Positions 12,553 to 24,500 of a stretch of DNA of 64,000 nucleotides are shown here, one piece after another. A model generated the notes under the pieces. That model did no database searches, was not told the origin of the DNA, and saw only the letters and a list, made by a program, of their open reading frames with translations. The position numbers were made by a program, and so were the translations under genes. The first letter of the stretch is position 1. Each line of letters opens with the position of its first letter. This DNA is from Podarcis bocagei. Lineage: Eukaryota. The stretch lies in assembly GCA_964188305.1 (NCBI GenBank), contig OZ076888.1. The stretch is one strand, 5' to 3'.

Positions 12553-15500
12553 CGCCTCTGCTTTTCCTGTCTCCCTGTTGCTACCAGCTGCTTCCCCATC
12601 TAAAGATCCTTCATCTCCTATTGCTGTGAAGAACTATTCCTTTTATGTATTTCTTTTCCACTCTGTGCACATGCACTTCAGTTGAATTGGTTATCATTTT
12701 CACACTCAATCATAATTTAGGATTGAGCATGTGATATGGACCACACTGTTTCTGTCTAGATTCTAAAATTAGTTTTTGCAATGCACAGTTGCTTTAGGAG
12801 TTAGCAGATGAACAGATGTGTGCTTCCTCTTTATGTCTGTGGGCTGGTTCAACAAAATAATCCTTAGCCATATATTCTGCATTTTCTTATTTCCCTCACA
12901 TAATTGTACGGGGAAACTATACTACATGAACCAGTAGAAAACAAGCTATGTGCGCACTGCAGGAATTTATGATCACAGTAGCTCCATAAAGTACTACCTC
13001 AGCAACAGAAATCACTGCAGAGCGTAACTAGGTTGCATAGCACTTTCTACTCCCAAAGGCAGGCAACGATGCGTCAAGACTAAAATAATGTGAAGAAAAA
13101 TCAGTGGCAGAGAACCATGTGACCTATATCAATGTTAATGTAGCTGTTTGTGCTAGTGTTAAGGCAGTGTTTGGGAGCGTCTGGCCTGTGGGCCTAATTA
13201 GGCCTGGCAGGGGTCCTAAATTGGCTCAAGAGGCTGTTTTCCCAAACCACGTCAGCCTGCCCCACACCCAATGTCATATGAGGCAAAAAGTGACAGCCAC
13301 AAAGAAACAGTTGTGAATCTAAAGTGTGTTCTTCAGTGTTCCTTGGCAAGTGGGGCTCCTTGATCAGTGCTGACAGCAAGCCCTTAGAAGTAGTTCGCTT
13401 GCCGGTGCAGTTTGAATTCCATGCCTGCAAATGAATATTTTTCCTCTACAAACTGGCTTTGTAGATAGCTTTGCTATCAAATGTTCAAACAAGTCACCCT
13501 TTGAATGAACAAACCATGGCTTAGCATTAGTGCAAGTCAGACCTTACACACTTGACAAATGTAAAGTGTCACAATATTCAAGAAAATGTGCTTTCTGCCA
13601 GGCTGCAGTTTTTTAAAATTTCCTATCATGATTGGCTGATAGTCTTTTGTGAGTACTGTTTTAAAGACTGAAATCATAGCCAGGATATAAGGGACATGGG
13701 ACCACCACCTTGCTTGAAGCGTAGCTGGTTCTGAGTCTAGTTAGTGCCTGAATAGATGTGCCACCTTGGGTTCTATGGTAGAAAAAAGAAGGGATATAAG
13801 TGTTTGAAAACAAACTAAACTAAAATGTTTCATTTGCATTGTACATTACTGTCCATATGCAGTCCATAGGAAATACTTTTGCACTGAGGCCAACAAATGT
13901 ATTAAATGTTTGCAATCCCATTTTTCTGAATTTTCGGAAAGGAGATGTGTAAAAGATTTTACTTTGTTCTTTTGAAAATACTTTCCTTTTTTATACTACT
14001 GGTCTTAACAAGATAAATAAATAAATTCATCGTGTAGGTAACCATAGTAGTTCACAGAAGCAGAGTCACCAATAAGATGTGTTTGAAATTATTACTGCCT
14101 TAGTGGTTATACTGACAAAATAAATGGGTTATCATCCATTCTCCTGTAAATTATGGGGTAAATTGATAATAAAATTGGTAATTGATAAAAAACAAAAATA
14201 GGTTAAATAAAAAAGTGTGAATTCTCCCGTCCGTCCCCACCTATTTTCAAACACTTTTTTATAATTTAACATACATGGATTCATCCTTTTTATTGCAATA
14301 TAAACACTTTTACCCAATTTTTTTTAAAAAATTAAATTTTGTATCATATATATATTCTTTTATAATTGTAAGTTGCTTTGAAACATTTTTGTAGTAAGTG
14401 ATTAATAAAGGCAATAAATAATAATACTAACTCCCACTACAGCTTCTGTTAAACTCTAAATATTAAGTCCTGATTACATTGTCTTTCCTTTTACTAAAGA
14501 AGTTGTCATTTTTGCAGCTGGCATACCTCGTTCAGTATTAAAAGACTGGCGTAAAGTAAAGAAGTTGAAACAGACGGGAGAATCCTTTTTGCAGGATGAC
14601 TCTTGCTATGAAATCGGGCCCAATTTGCAAAAATGCAGAGAATGTAGACTTGTAAGAAGCAAGAAAGGAGAAGAATCAGCTCACTCACCAGTGTTTTGTA
14701 GATTCTACTACTTTCGTCGGTAAGTGAAAAACTTTTTTTTCTTTTTGAGAAACCAAGTTTTATTTCTACACTTCTATTGTAGCAATGCCGTTGCGCTTTG
14801 AAGAGGTGCAGTTTGAAACACGCTGGAGCAGTGATGCATACAAGCTAGAAATGCTTTTTAAATTGTGGATAGTCACTTTTTTACCTCACTCTCCCAGAGT
14901 GCCTTACGTAGGATCAGTTGCAAACAATTCAGTACCTACCACAGGTTTGCAACAAGTGGTGTGGAGGCAGCAATCTCAGGCACCAGTTCTTAAAGTTTTG
15001 ATGTTTTTGTCATGGCCTACTTGAGTGGAAGCAGCTCAGGGAGAGGAGAAACAAATGGATTTGATCTATCAACCAAGCTGATGAAGTGGACCCTACTTCG
15101 TTTTTTTTACTTTGCTAAAGCCTGGTACCTATAGAAATTTTGCATTATCAAAACACTGCCTCTGACATTATTGTACATTTCTGGGTCTAGATGTTGTTGG
15201 AGTCCAACACCCATCAGCCCTGGCCAGCATAATCCATGGTTAGGTCTGATTGGAGTCCACAACGTCTGGAATGCACCACTTTCACTATCGCAGGTGCAAA
15301 TGGGCGGAACGGACTCCCTGATGAGGTTGTGGACTTTCCTTCTTTGGAGATCGGATGGCCATCTGTCATGGATGCTGTAGCTGAGATTCCTGCATTGCAG
15401 GAAGTTGGACTAGATGAACCTTGGAGTCTCTTCCAACTCTGTGATTCTATGAAATATTTTTCTTTGTGTAAACTCAATTGGAGTTTCTGTTGCACAAAAA

Positions 15501-18500
15501 GCAGCAGGTTTTGGTGGAGGTGGTTTAAAAAAATATTGAATCCTTTACTTTAAATCCAAGGTCTTTGGCTTAACAGGTTTGTGATTTTGAACTATAGGCC
15601 ACTTCTCAGATCTTTGAATCTGATAATAATATATTCATACATATTATGCAGCATGCTCTGTTCTTGGTGCAGGGTGGCCAAAGGCAAAAATGGGTGGAGC
15701 AGCTGAGGTGACTCTGCCTTTGTAGTAGTAGGCTTTGTAGTAGGCTTCATTCCTGCCACACAAAAGTCATATGTATGGGACTGGTATGTATAAGGAGAAA
15801 GTGAGAGACTGTGGAAAACATCCAGCTTTTCAACAGGAGAGAACCTGAAAAGGAACCTTTACAAGGAGCTCCACAGAGGAAAAAGCAGGGCCTTTGTGAC
15901 ATCAGCAACCGTTGAGCCAATCACCAGAACAGATGTACATGCCTAATAGTAACTGAAGGACAGAGGCAAAGAGATGACTAAGGATTGGAGTAGCGGTTTC
16001 TTATGTCATAAAGGCAATACTTTTTTCCTTTTCACAACAACAAGGATGATCTAGAACTGAATAAGACTGAAGGTAAGAAAGGAAGGAGACAGTAGCCTGA
16101 GGTAAGAATGAATGTAAGCGACTATGGTCCCAAGTGATGGAAGGAAAGAAAAACAAAATGGGGTGTGACCTGCAAATTAATCCCTGTGGTTTTGTGGAGT
16201 TATTTTTGTTGTTGTTATTGTATTTATATCATTACATTCTATGCCAAACACATATTCAACTAATAGAAACGTTGAAAAGCTTTCTAGTAGTCACACCATG
16301 TTGATTTTCAGCAGATTGAGTAGATTGAATAGTGAAAAAATACCATTATGTAACAAACTTCTCATGTTTGAGTGCAGATTAATAATGAAATTATTCTATG
16401 AAATTATTGTTTTATATGTGGCATCAATGTATATAAGGTATATAAAGCAGAAACTGGTAATCTATATTTCAACTGTAGATTCCCCAATGATACACTAATG
16501 CCACCATCTCCCTCTTAGCTTTCCAGCAGTACCTTGTCTGTCTCTGCCAACAAAATGGTTCAGGGAGAGAACCGAGACAGATGTATACATTCTCATGCTG
16601 CCTTTTAGAAACATTGGACATTAACCAACCATAACATGTTTGACACACAGTTAACATCGAAATACAGTTTAAATTGATCATGAATTTGATACTTATGTAA
16701 GTTGTGTATTTTGTTTTGTAGGCTTTCTTTTAGTAAGAATGGAGTGGTTAGGATTGATGGCTTTTCTTCTCCCGATCAGTATGATGATGAAGCAATGAGT
16801 TTATGGACACATGATAATTATGATGATGATGAAATTGACCTAGAAACTTGCAAATACATCTTAGACCACATAGGTGACAAATTTTGTCAGTTAGTGACAT
16901 CTGAGAAAACAGCCATGTCCTGGGTCAAAAAGGATGGTAAGTATCCAACTTTTTCTGAATAACTCTGTTCAAAAGTTAGTTGCTGCTTTTTAATGTGGCT
17001 CATCCATCGTGTTTTTCCTTGGGAATTTCCCTATTGCATCAAAATGTTATGTTATTGTACTGTTGAAGTAGCACAGGAGGAAAAAAAAATGTATTGGGAT
17101 AAATGTCCAAGACATGAACAAGGTGGGCTACCCCAAACTTACCGTAGTTGGGAGGAAGGGTGGGATATAAATTTAGTAAATAAAATTAGCGTGGGTTCCA
17201 TTCCCAATGCAACAACAGCCTTGCTAGCTTGATTTGTTCCATAACAACTTTTCTTTTCTTTTGTAAAAAAAAGTATTTAATATGATGTTTTGTAATTATG
17301 GGCTGTCTCAACTGTATCTTTATTGGCTCTTTGGAAATGAACGCACTTTTATTAAAAAGTGCAAAACTATACAAAATAATCAAAGTGTGGGGCGGCAAAT
17401 GTACTTTGCAAATCAGTCTTCCCTGAGCTAGTATCCTCCACAGGGTTTGTACTATGAGTCCCATCAGCCCCAGGAAGCATGGTCAGTGGTCCTGGATGAT
17501 GAGAGTTGCAGTCTGGAGGGCACCAAGTTGGGGAAGGACACCCTAAATCAAACAGGTTTTCACCTGAAATTTCATTTATGTGCTATAATTTTGCAGTTGT
17601 TTGCCTTTAAATTTCAGTACTTGGTCTTCTGTTTACTCTGTATTCCAGCCAAAATAGCTTGGAAGAGAGCAGTCAGAGGAGTCCGTGAAATGTGTGATGC
17701 ATGTGAAGCCACTCTGTTTAACATTCACTGGGTCTGCCAAAAATGTGGATTTGTGGTCTGCTTAGATTGCTATAAGGCTAAAGAAAGGAAGAGTTCTAGA
17801 GGTCAGTGCACTTTTTGTAAGAACTAAGATAATAGTTAAACATTTTAGAACTGCTTGTTTGAAGTTTTAGGTTAGTTTCTATTTAATCACAAAAACTGGA
17901 TACAAAGTAAAATCACCACAAGTGTATTCAGCTTTGTTCAAAACCACCGCTCTTATAACTGTAGGTTGTGTGTTTGCATGGCTGATCTAAAATTACTGTG
18001 TTTAATTGAAGTTAATAAAAACTTGTAATTGATTCTATGATGTAAACCAGGGGTAGGCAACCTAAGGCCCAGGGGCCGGATGCAGCCCAATTGCCTTTGC
18101 AATCTGGCCCACAGACGGTCCGGGAATCAGCGTGTTTTTACATGAGTAGAATGTGCCCTTTTATTTAAAATGCATCTCTGGGTTATTTGTGGGGCCTGCC
18201 TGTTGTTTTTACATGAGTAGAATGTGTGCTTTTATTTAAAATGCATCTCTGGGTTATTTGTGGGGCATAGGAATTCGTTCATTTCCCTCCCCTCAAAAAA
18301 ATATAGTCTGGCCCACCACAAGGTCTGAGGGACAGTGGACCGGCCCACGGCTGAAAAAGGTTGCTGACCCCTGATGTAAACTGTTAATGCCTTCACAGAT
18401 AAAGAATTGTACGCCTGGATGAAATGTGTGAAAGGGCAGCCTCATGATCACAAACATTTAATGCCAACCCAGATCATTCCTGGAACAGGTAAGATCATAA

Positions 18501-21500
18501 TGAAGGTCAAAGCTTTTGTATCAATGAATATTGGCACTGCATTTCAGGATTCATAGCTAGCGCTGCAGACTCAGAGGTATTGTGTCTCTTTTCCTAAGAT
18601 GGAAGGTATTTCACAGTGTACTTGAGCCTCAGAAGGAAATGTGCCTTCTGCAGGCTACTGTCAAGCCTTCATCTGAAAAGGCACTCTTTTGTAAACCAGG
18701 CCGTAGCTCAGATCAGAATTTTAAGTATAAAGTTATAACTTGTTTTGTTCCTGGTCATAGTTTGTAAACTTTTATAGATCAGCGAAGGCTGAGGCCTGAT
18801 CGGAATGATGGTTACATCAGTGTTCCACATAGCAGAAGTGTAAAGTATAGATTTGTTCAAAAGCTTTTTGTAGGATTTTAGGAAAGAGATCAAGACCTTT
18901 TACTTCATCAGAGTTTATGGTACAGACCAGGAGTAGCCAACCTGCTGCCCTCCAGATGTTGCTGGACTACACCTCCCGACAGCCCAAGCTAGCTTGGTCA
19001 GTTTTCAGAGATAATGGAAGTTTTAGCCCAACAACATCTACATCTACATTGGCTAACTTGGTACAAGGAGAAAAACTTTTAGTTGTTGGAATTTATGCAC
19101 CAAATGAAGGCAAATCTGACTTCTTTAAGGGACTTCATGAAACTTTGACGGACTATCTGGATTATAATATGATAATCATGGGAGACATGAATGGCGTGGT
19201 CTCCACTAATATGGACAAGGCACAAAGACTAACAGTCACTAAAGAAGGGAGACTCCCCAAGACTTTTTTCGAAATGACAGAAAACATGGACTTGATAGAC
19301 ATTTGGAGAACAAGGAACCCTCTGGAGAGAGAGGGAACCTTCTTCTCCCAAGCAATGATGACCTGGACCAGAATTGACCAAATCTGGGTTACTAGTGGAT
19401 TGGCTCCAAAGATTAAGAAAGTGGAAATCTGCCCAAAAACTTGCTCCGACCATAACGCCGTGAAGATGGAGATGAAACTCACAATAACCGGTCAATTTAG
19501 ATGGAGAATGAATGACACCCTCTTTCGAGATAAGGAGATTCTCACGAAGGCCCAAAAGACCTTAAAAGACTATTTTGAAATAAATTTGAGGACTGACGTG
19601 GAGAAAAGAGTGATCTGGGACGCAAGTAAAGCTGTTATGAGAGGATTTTTGATTCAACAAAATTCAATAAAGAGGAAAAAACAAAATGAGAAAAAAGAGA
19701 AGATCTTGGAAATGATAAAGGAAGGAGAGAGGAAATTAAGAACAAAACCAAAGTCTCAGGACATTTTAAGAGAGATTAAGTTATATCAAACTCAATATAT
19801 GGAATTGATGAACCAAGAGATTGAATGGAAGATAAAGCAAATGAAACAAAAGACTTTTGAATCAGCAAATAAATGCGGTAAACTTTTGGCATGGCAATTG
19901 AAGAAAAGGCAGAAACTAAATACAGTTACAAGCCTAGAGGTTGATGGAAAGAGTATATCTAAACCTAATGAAATTAGAAATTGCTTTCTAAGTTACTTCA
20001 AAAAACTTTACACCCAAGGCCCGCAAAATGAAGAAGATATAGACAAATTCCTTGGAAGATATGGATTACAAAATATCTCTCAGCAAAGTAAGATGGACTT
20101 GAACCAGAGAATCTCAGAACAAGAGGTAGAGGCTGCCATTCAGAATACGCAATTGGGCAAATCTCCGGGACCAGATGGACTGACTTCTAGATACTACAAA
20201 TCGTTGAAGGAATGGTTGATTCAACCATTAAGAGAAGTTTGTAATGAGATCCTTGAAGGAAAAAGGGCACCTGAATCGTGGAAAGAGGCATATATCTCAC
20301 TCATACCAAAGTCAGAGACTGAAAAGACCCAACTCAAGAACTACCGCCCGATATCACTCCTTAATGTGGATTACAAAATTTTTGCAGACATTTTGGCAAA
20401 AAGATTTAAAAGAGTTTTGATGGAGAAGATTCATAAAGACCAAGCAGGCTTTCTCCCTAAAAGACACCTAGCGGACAATGTAAGGAATGTAATAGACATT
20501 TTGGAAAAGCTGGAGGTGAATATAAACACTAAAGCAGTATTGATCTTTGTGGACGCGGAGAAAGCCTTTGATAATATCTCTTGGAGTTTTATGAGGAAGA
20601 ATCTTCATGGGATGGGGGTAGGCCAGGGTTTTGAGAATGGTATGGCTGCAATATATTCCGAACAAAAAGCTAAGCTGATTGTAAATAATGTTGTGACTGA
20701 GGAACTTAAGATAGAAAAAGGAACTCGGCAGGGGTGCCCAATTTCCCCATTACTTTTCATTTCGGTTCTGGAGGTGTTGCTGAATATGATAAGAAATGAC
20801 CAGCAGGTCAAAGGTGTGCAGGTCGGAGCTAAACACTACAAGTTAAGAGCGTATGCAGATGACCTAGTATTGACTTTGCAAGAGCCAAACACTAGTACGA
20901 AAAGGGTTTTAGAAATAATTCAACAATTTGGCCAGGTGGCTGGATTTAAGTTGAATAAGCAAAAAACTAAAGTCTTAGGGAAAAACCTAACAGATATGGA
21001 AAAGGAGAAGTTTCAGGAGGAAACAGGTTTGACAGTGGTTAAGAAAGTCAAATACCTAGGGGTTTATTTAACACCTAAGAATGTTAATTTGTATAAGGAC
21101 AATTATGAAAAATGTTGGTCAGAGATTAAAAAAGATCTAGAAATATGGTCAAATCTGAAACTGTCAATGTTAGGTCGAATTGCAGTAATTAAAATGAATG
21201 TATTGCCTAGAATGTTATTTTTGTTTCAGACCTTGCAGATTCTTGATAAGATGGAATGTTTTAAGAGGTGGCACAAAGACATTTCGAAATTTGTCTGGCA
21301 GGGCAAAAAGCCCCGAATTAAATTCAAAATACTGACTGACGCTAAAGAAAGAGGGGGTTTCGCCCTGCCGGACCTAAAATTGTACTATGAGGCAGCAGCG
21401 TTTTGCTGGCTGAAAGAATGGATGCTCCTCGAGAATACAGATATCTTGGATCTGGAAGGCTTCAATAATGCTTTTGGTTGGCATGCATATCTTTGGTATG

Positions 21501-24500
21501 ACAAGGTTAACAGTACCTTTAAAAATCACATTGTTAGAAAAGCATTATTTAATGTCTGGATAAGATACAAAGACTTATTGGAAAATAAAACCCCTAGATG
21601 GGTGTCACCAGTGGAGGCTAAAGCAGTGAAGAAACTCAATATGGAGGTCGGATGGCCGAAGTATTGGGAAATTTTAGAACAGGATGGAGACAAGGTTAAA
21701 CTACAAAGTCAGGAGAAATTGAAGCACAAAGTAGAAAATTGGTTTCAATATCGCCAAATAATGGAAATTTTTAAACAGGATAGGAAAATCGGTTTCCAAG
21801 TGGAGAAATCAAAACTAGAGACCGAATTGCTAGAACCCAATACTAAGAATTTATCTAGAATGTATAACTTGCTGTTGAAATGGAACACACAGGATGAAAC
21901 AGTTAAATCTGCTATGATTAAGTGGGCGCAGGATGTTGGACACAACATTATGTCAGATGACTGGGAATGGTTATGGAACACCGGTATCAAATTTACGGCA
22001 TGTAATGCCTTAAAGGAAAACATTATGAAAATGGTATACAGGTGGTACATGACCCCAGTCAAGCTGGCAAAAATCTATCATTTGCCCGATAATAAATGTT
22101 GGAAATGTAAAGAGACTGAAGGTACTTTTTACCACCTTTGGTGGACATGCCCGAAGATAAAGGCCTTCTGGGAAATGATCTATAATGAAATGAAAAAGGT
22201 ACTTAAATGTACATTTTCCAAAAAACCAGAGGCCTTTCTCTTGGGCATTGTCGGCCAATTGGTGACAAAGAAAGATAGAAATTTCTTTATGTATGCCACA
22301 ACAGCAGCAAGAATACTCATCGCAAAGTATTGGAAGACACAAGATTTACCTACTCTGGAAGAATGGCAGATGAAAGTGATGGACTATATGACACTGGCAG
22401 AGATGACAGGCAGAATCCGTGACCAACGTAAAGAGATGGTGGAAGAAGAATGGAAAAAATTTAAGAGCTATCTTAAGGACTACTACAAACTCAACGAATG
22501 TTAAAATGTTGTGGTTGCTAGAAGTAACAGGGTACAGGGATACAAGGTTAGATAATAAAGGAGGACTAAGATGACAGAGATTAGAAAGTAACAACTGGGA
22601 GTTGCTAGTTCAAATATGGACACTGGGATGCAGAGAGGGGGGGTATGGGGAAGTCCAAGAAAAGAGGTTTATGAAAATATCTTTGAAAGCATTTTGTATG
22701 TTTGTTTTGTTTTGTGTTTGTTTGTTCTTTTTAAAAAAATGCTGTAAAACCAATAAAAATTTATTAAAAAAAAAAAAAAAATACATTGGCTAACTTGGTA
22801 TAGAACGAGCACCTAGGGTACTCCTGGTTTTAATGTGCTTAACTGGAAATGCTTTTTTTGTTTCTTTGATTAGCTAGTGATGGTTCTTGGTGAACTTTAA
22901 ATACATTTTGATTTTATTGTGTGTTTAATTGGAATATTTATGTAAACAATCTACGTACCTGCAGCAAGTGGCCATTGCTGTATAAAATGTGCAGCTGCCC
23001 TCTGTCTAGAGTGGGAAAGCAACACAGAAAAAACATGAAGCGGCAGGCCAGCATTGCTTTTAAAGGTCGCAGTGTACAGGAAATGTTGTTTTAATGATGG
23101 TCGTGCTTTATGATCTCGGTCTATTCATGTGTCATGCCCTTCTCTGCCTTTCCCCATTAAGTATCTCTCTTGTTTGAGTCCCTCAAATGCTGCAGCTTAC
23201 CCTATGTAATAAAAATGGTACTTAACCACGTTAACAGATTTTTTTTTTAAAAAAAATGACATATCTAAAAAAGTCATGTTGAAGATAGCTAGTGTCAGAA
23301 TTTTGCTGTTTATTTTGGGGTAAAATTCTGAAATGTGTTGGCAAAGGTGGAACTGGTTCTAAGGGTTGGTGTCTATTCTCTTTGGTGTGCAGATGCAGAT
23401 GAAGTTTGAGGTGGTCAGCTTCAAAACTGTATAATTCATTGTTTTCTTAATATTTTATAGTATTAATGGAACTTCTTGAAGCAATGCATAATATTAGAGA
23501 GAAACATGAGATTAGAGCCCATTGCCAGTGTGCCAGCAAACAGAATTTACAACCTGGCAAGTTCCCTTCAATGAATGGTGTATCTCAGGTAAGGCCACAG
23601 CTTAGTGATCAAATATAATTTTGTTAATATTTGTTATGACACTTTTAAGATGCACAGTTGCATATGCTATTGACTTTCAGTGCTGCTTAACTGTGCATCA
23701 CTAAAGCATAGTTTACATATGCTGCATTAGGGTCTTAAAATAATTACTGTTTTATCATATGCAAAGTGCTTAATTGAATTGTTGTGTCCTACAGATTTTG
23801 CAGAACGTCCTTAATCACAGTAATAAAATTTCTCTGTGCATACCTGAGTTGCAACAGCAGAAGGCATCTCAGAAATCTGAGACAAACGGTAATACAAGCC
23901 CAGGAAGTGACGTGAGCACAGACAGCAAGTTAACTCCTCCTGAATCCCAGTCACCACTGCACTGGTTGGCAGATCTAGCAGAACAAAAGGCCAGGGAAGA
24001 AAAGAAAGGTAAATAATGAGATATGTTGATTAGAAAGCAGATTGCGGGTGAGATCCCATATAACATTAGCACAGGAAGTTTGAGAATCTTAATTTTGTTC
24101 AAGCAATAGCACACAAGCTTAACTGTCACCACTAACAATAACGGGTTGCGTTAGGCAGTTGCACAACAGCTTTGACAACAGCAACAACTTATTTGTACCC
24201 CACCCCTCTGACTGGGTTGCCCCAGCCACTCTGGGTGGCTTCCAACATATAAAAACATAATAAAACATTAAACCTTGACAAATTTCCCTATACTGGGCTG
24301 CCTTCAGATGTCTTCTAAACTAAAGGGTATATAGTTACTCATTTTCTTGACATCTGATGGGAGGGCGTTCCACAGGGTGAACACCACTACCTAGAAGGCC
24401 CTCTGACAAGAATAGGACTCCCATTGGATTCAGCTGTTGTGCTGCACAAGATTTCTCCTAGTATAGGAGTGGAGAACTGGTCACCCTCCAGATATTGGAC

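Noticed and set aside
15078-15100. CTGATGA plus short stem, hammerhead-like
   Set aside because: No GAAA or helix III downstream
19007-19010. Alternative acceptor TTTTCAG/AG into the L1 ORF
   Set aside because: The CAG is out of frame with exon 14, and the in-frame AG is a disfavoured GAG 2 nt downstream
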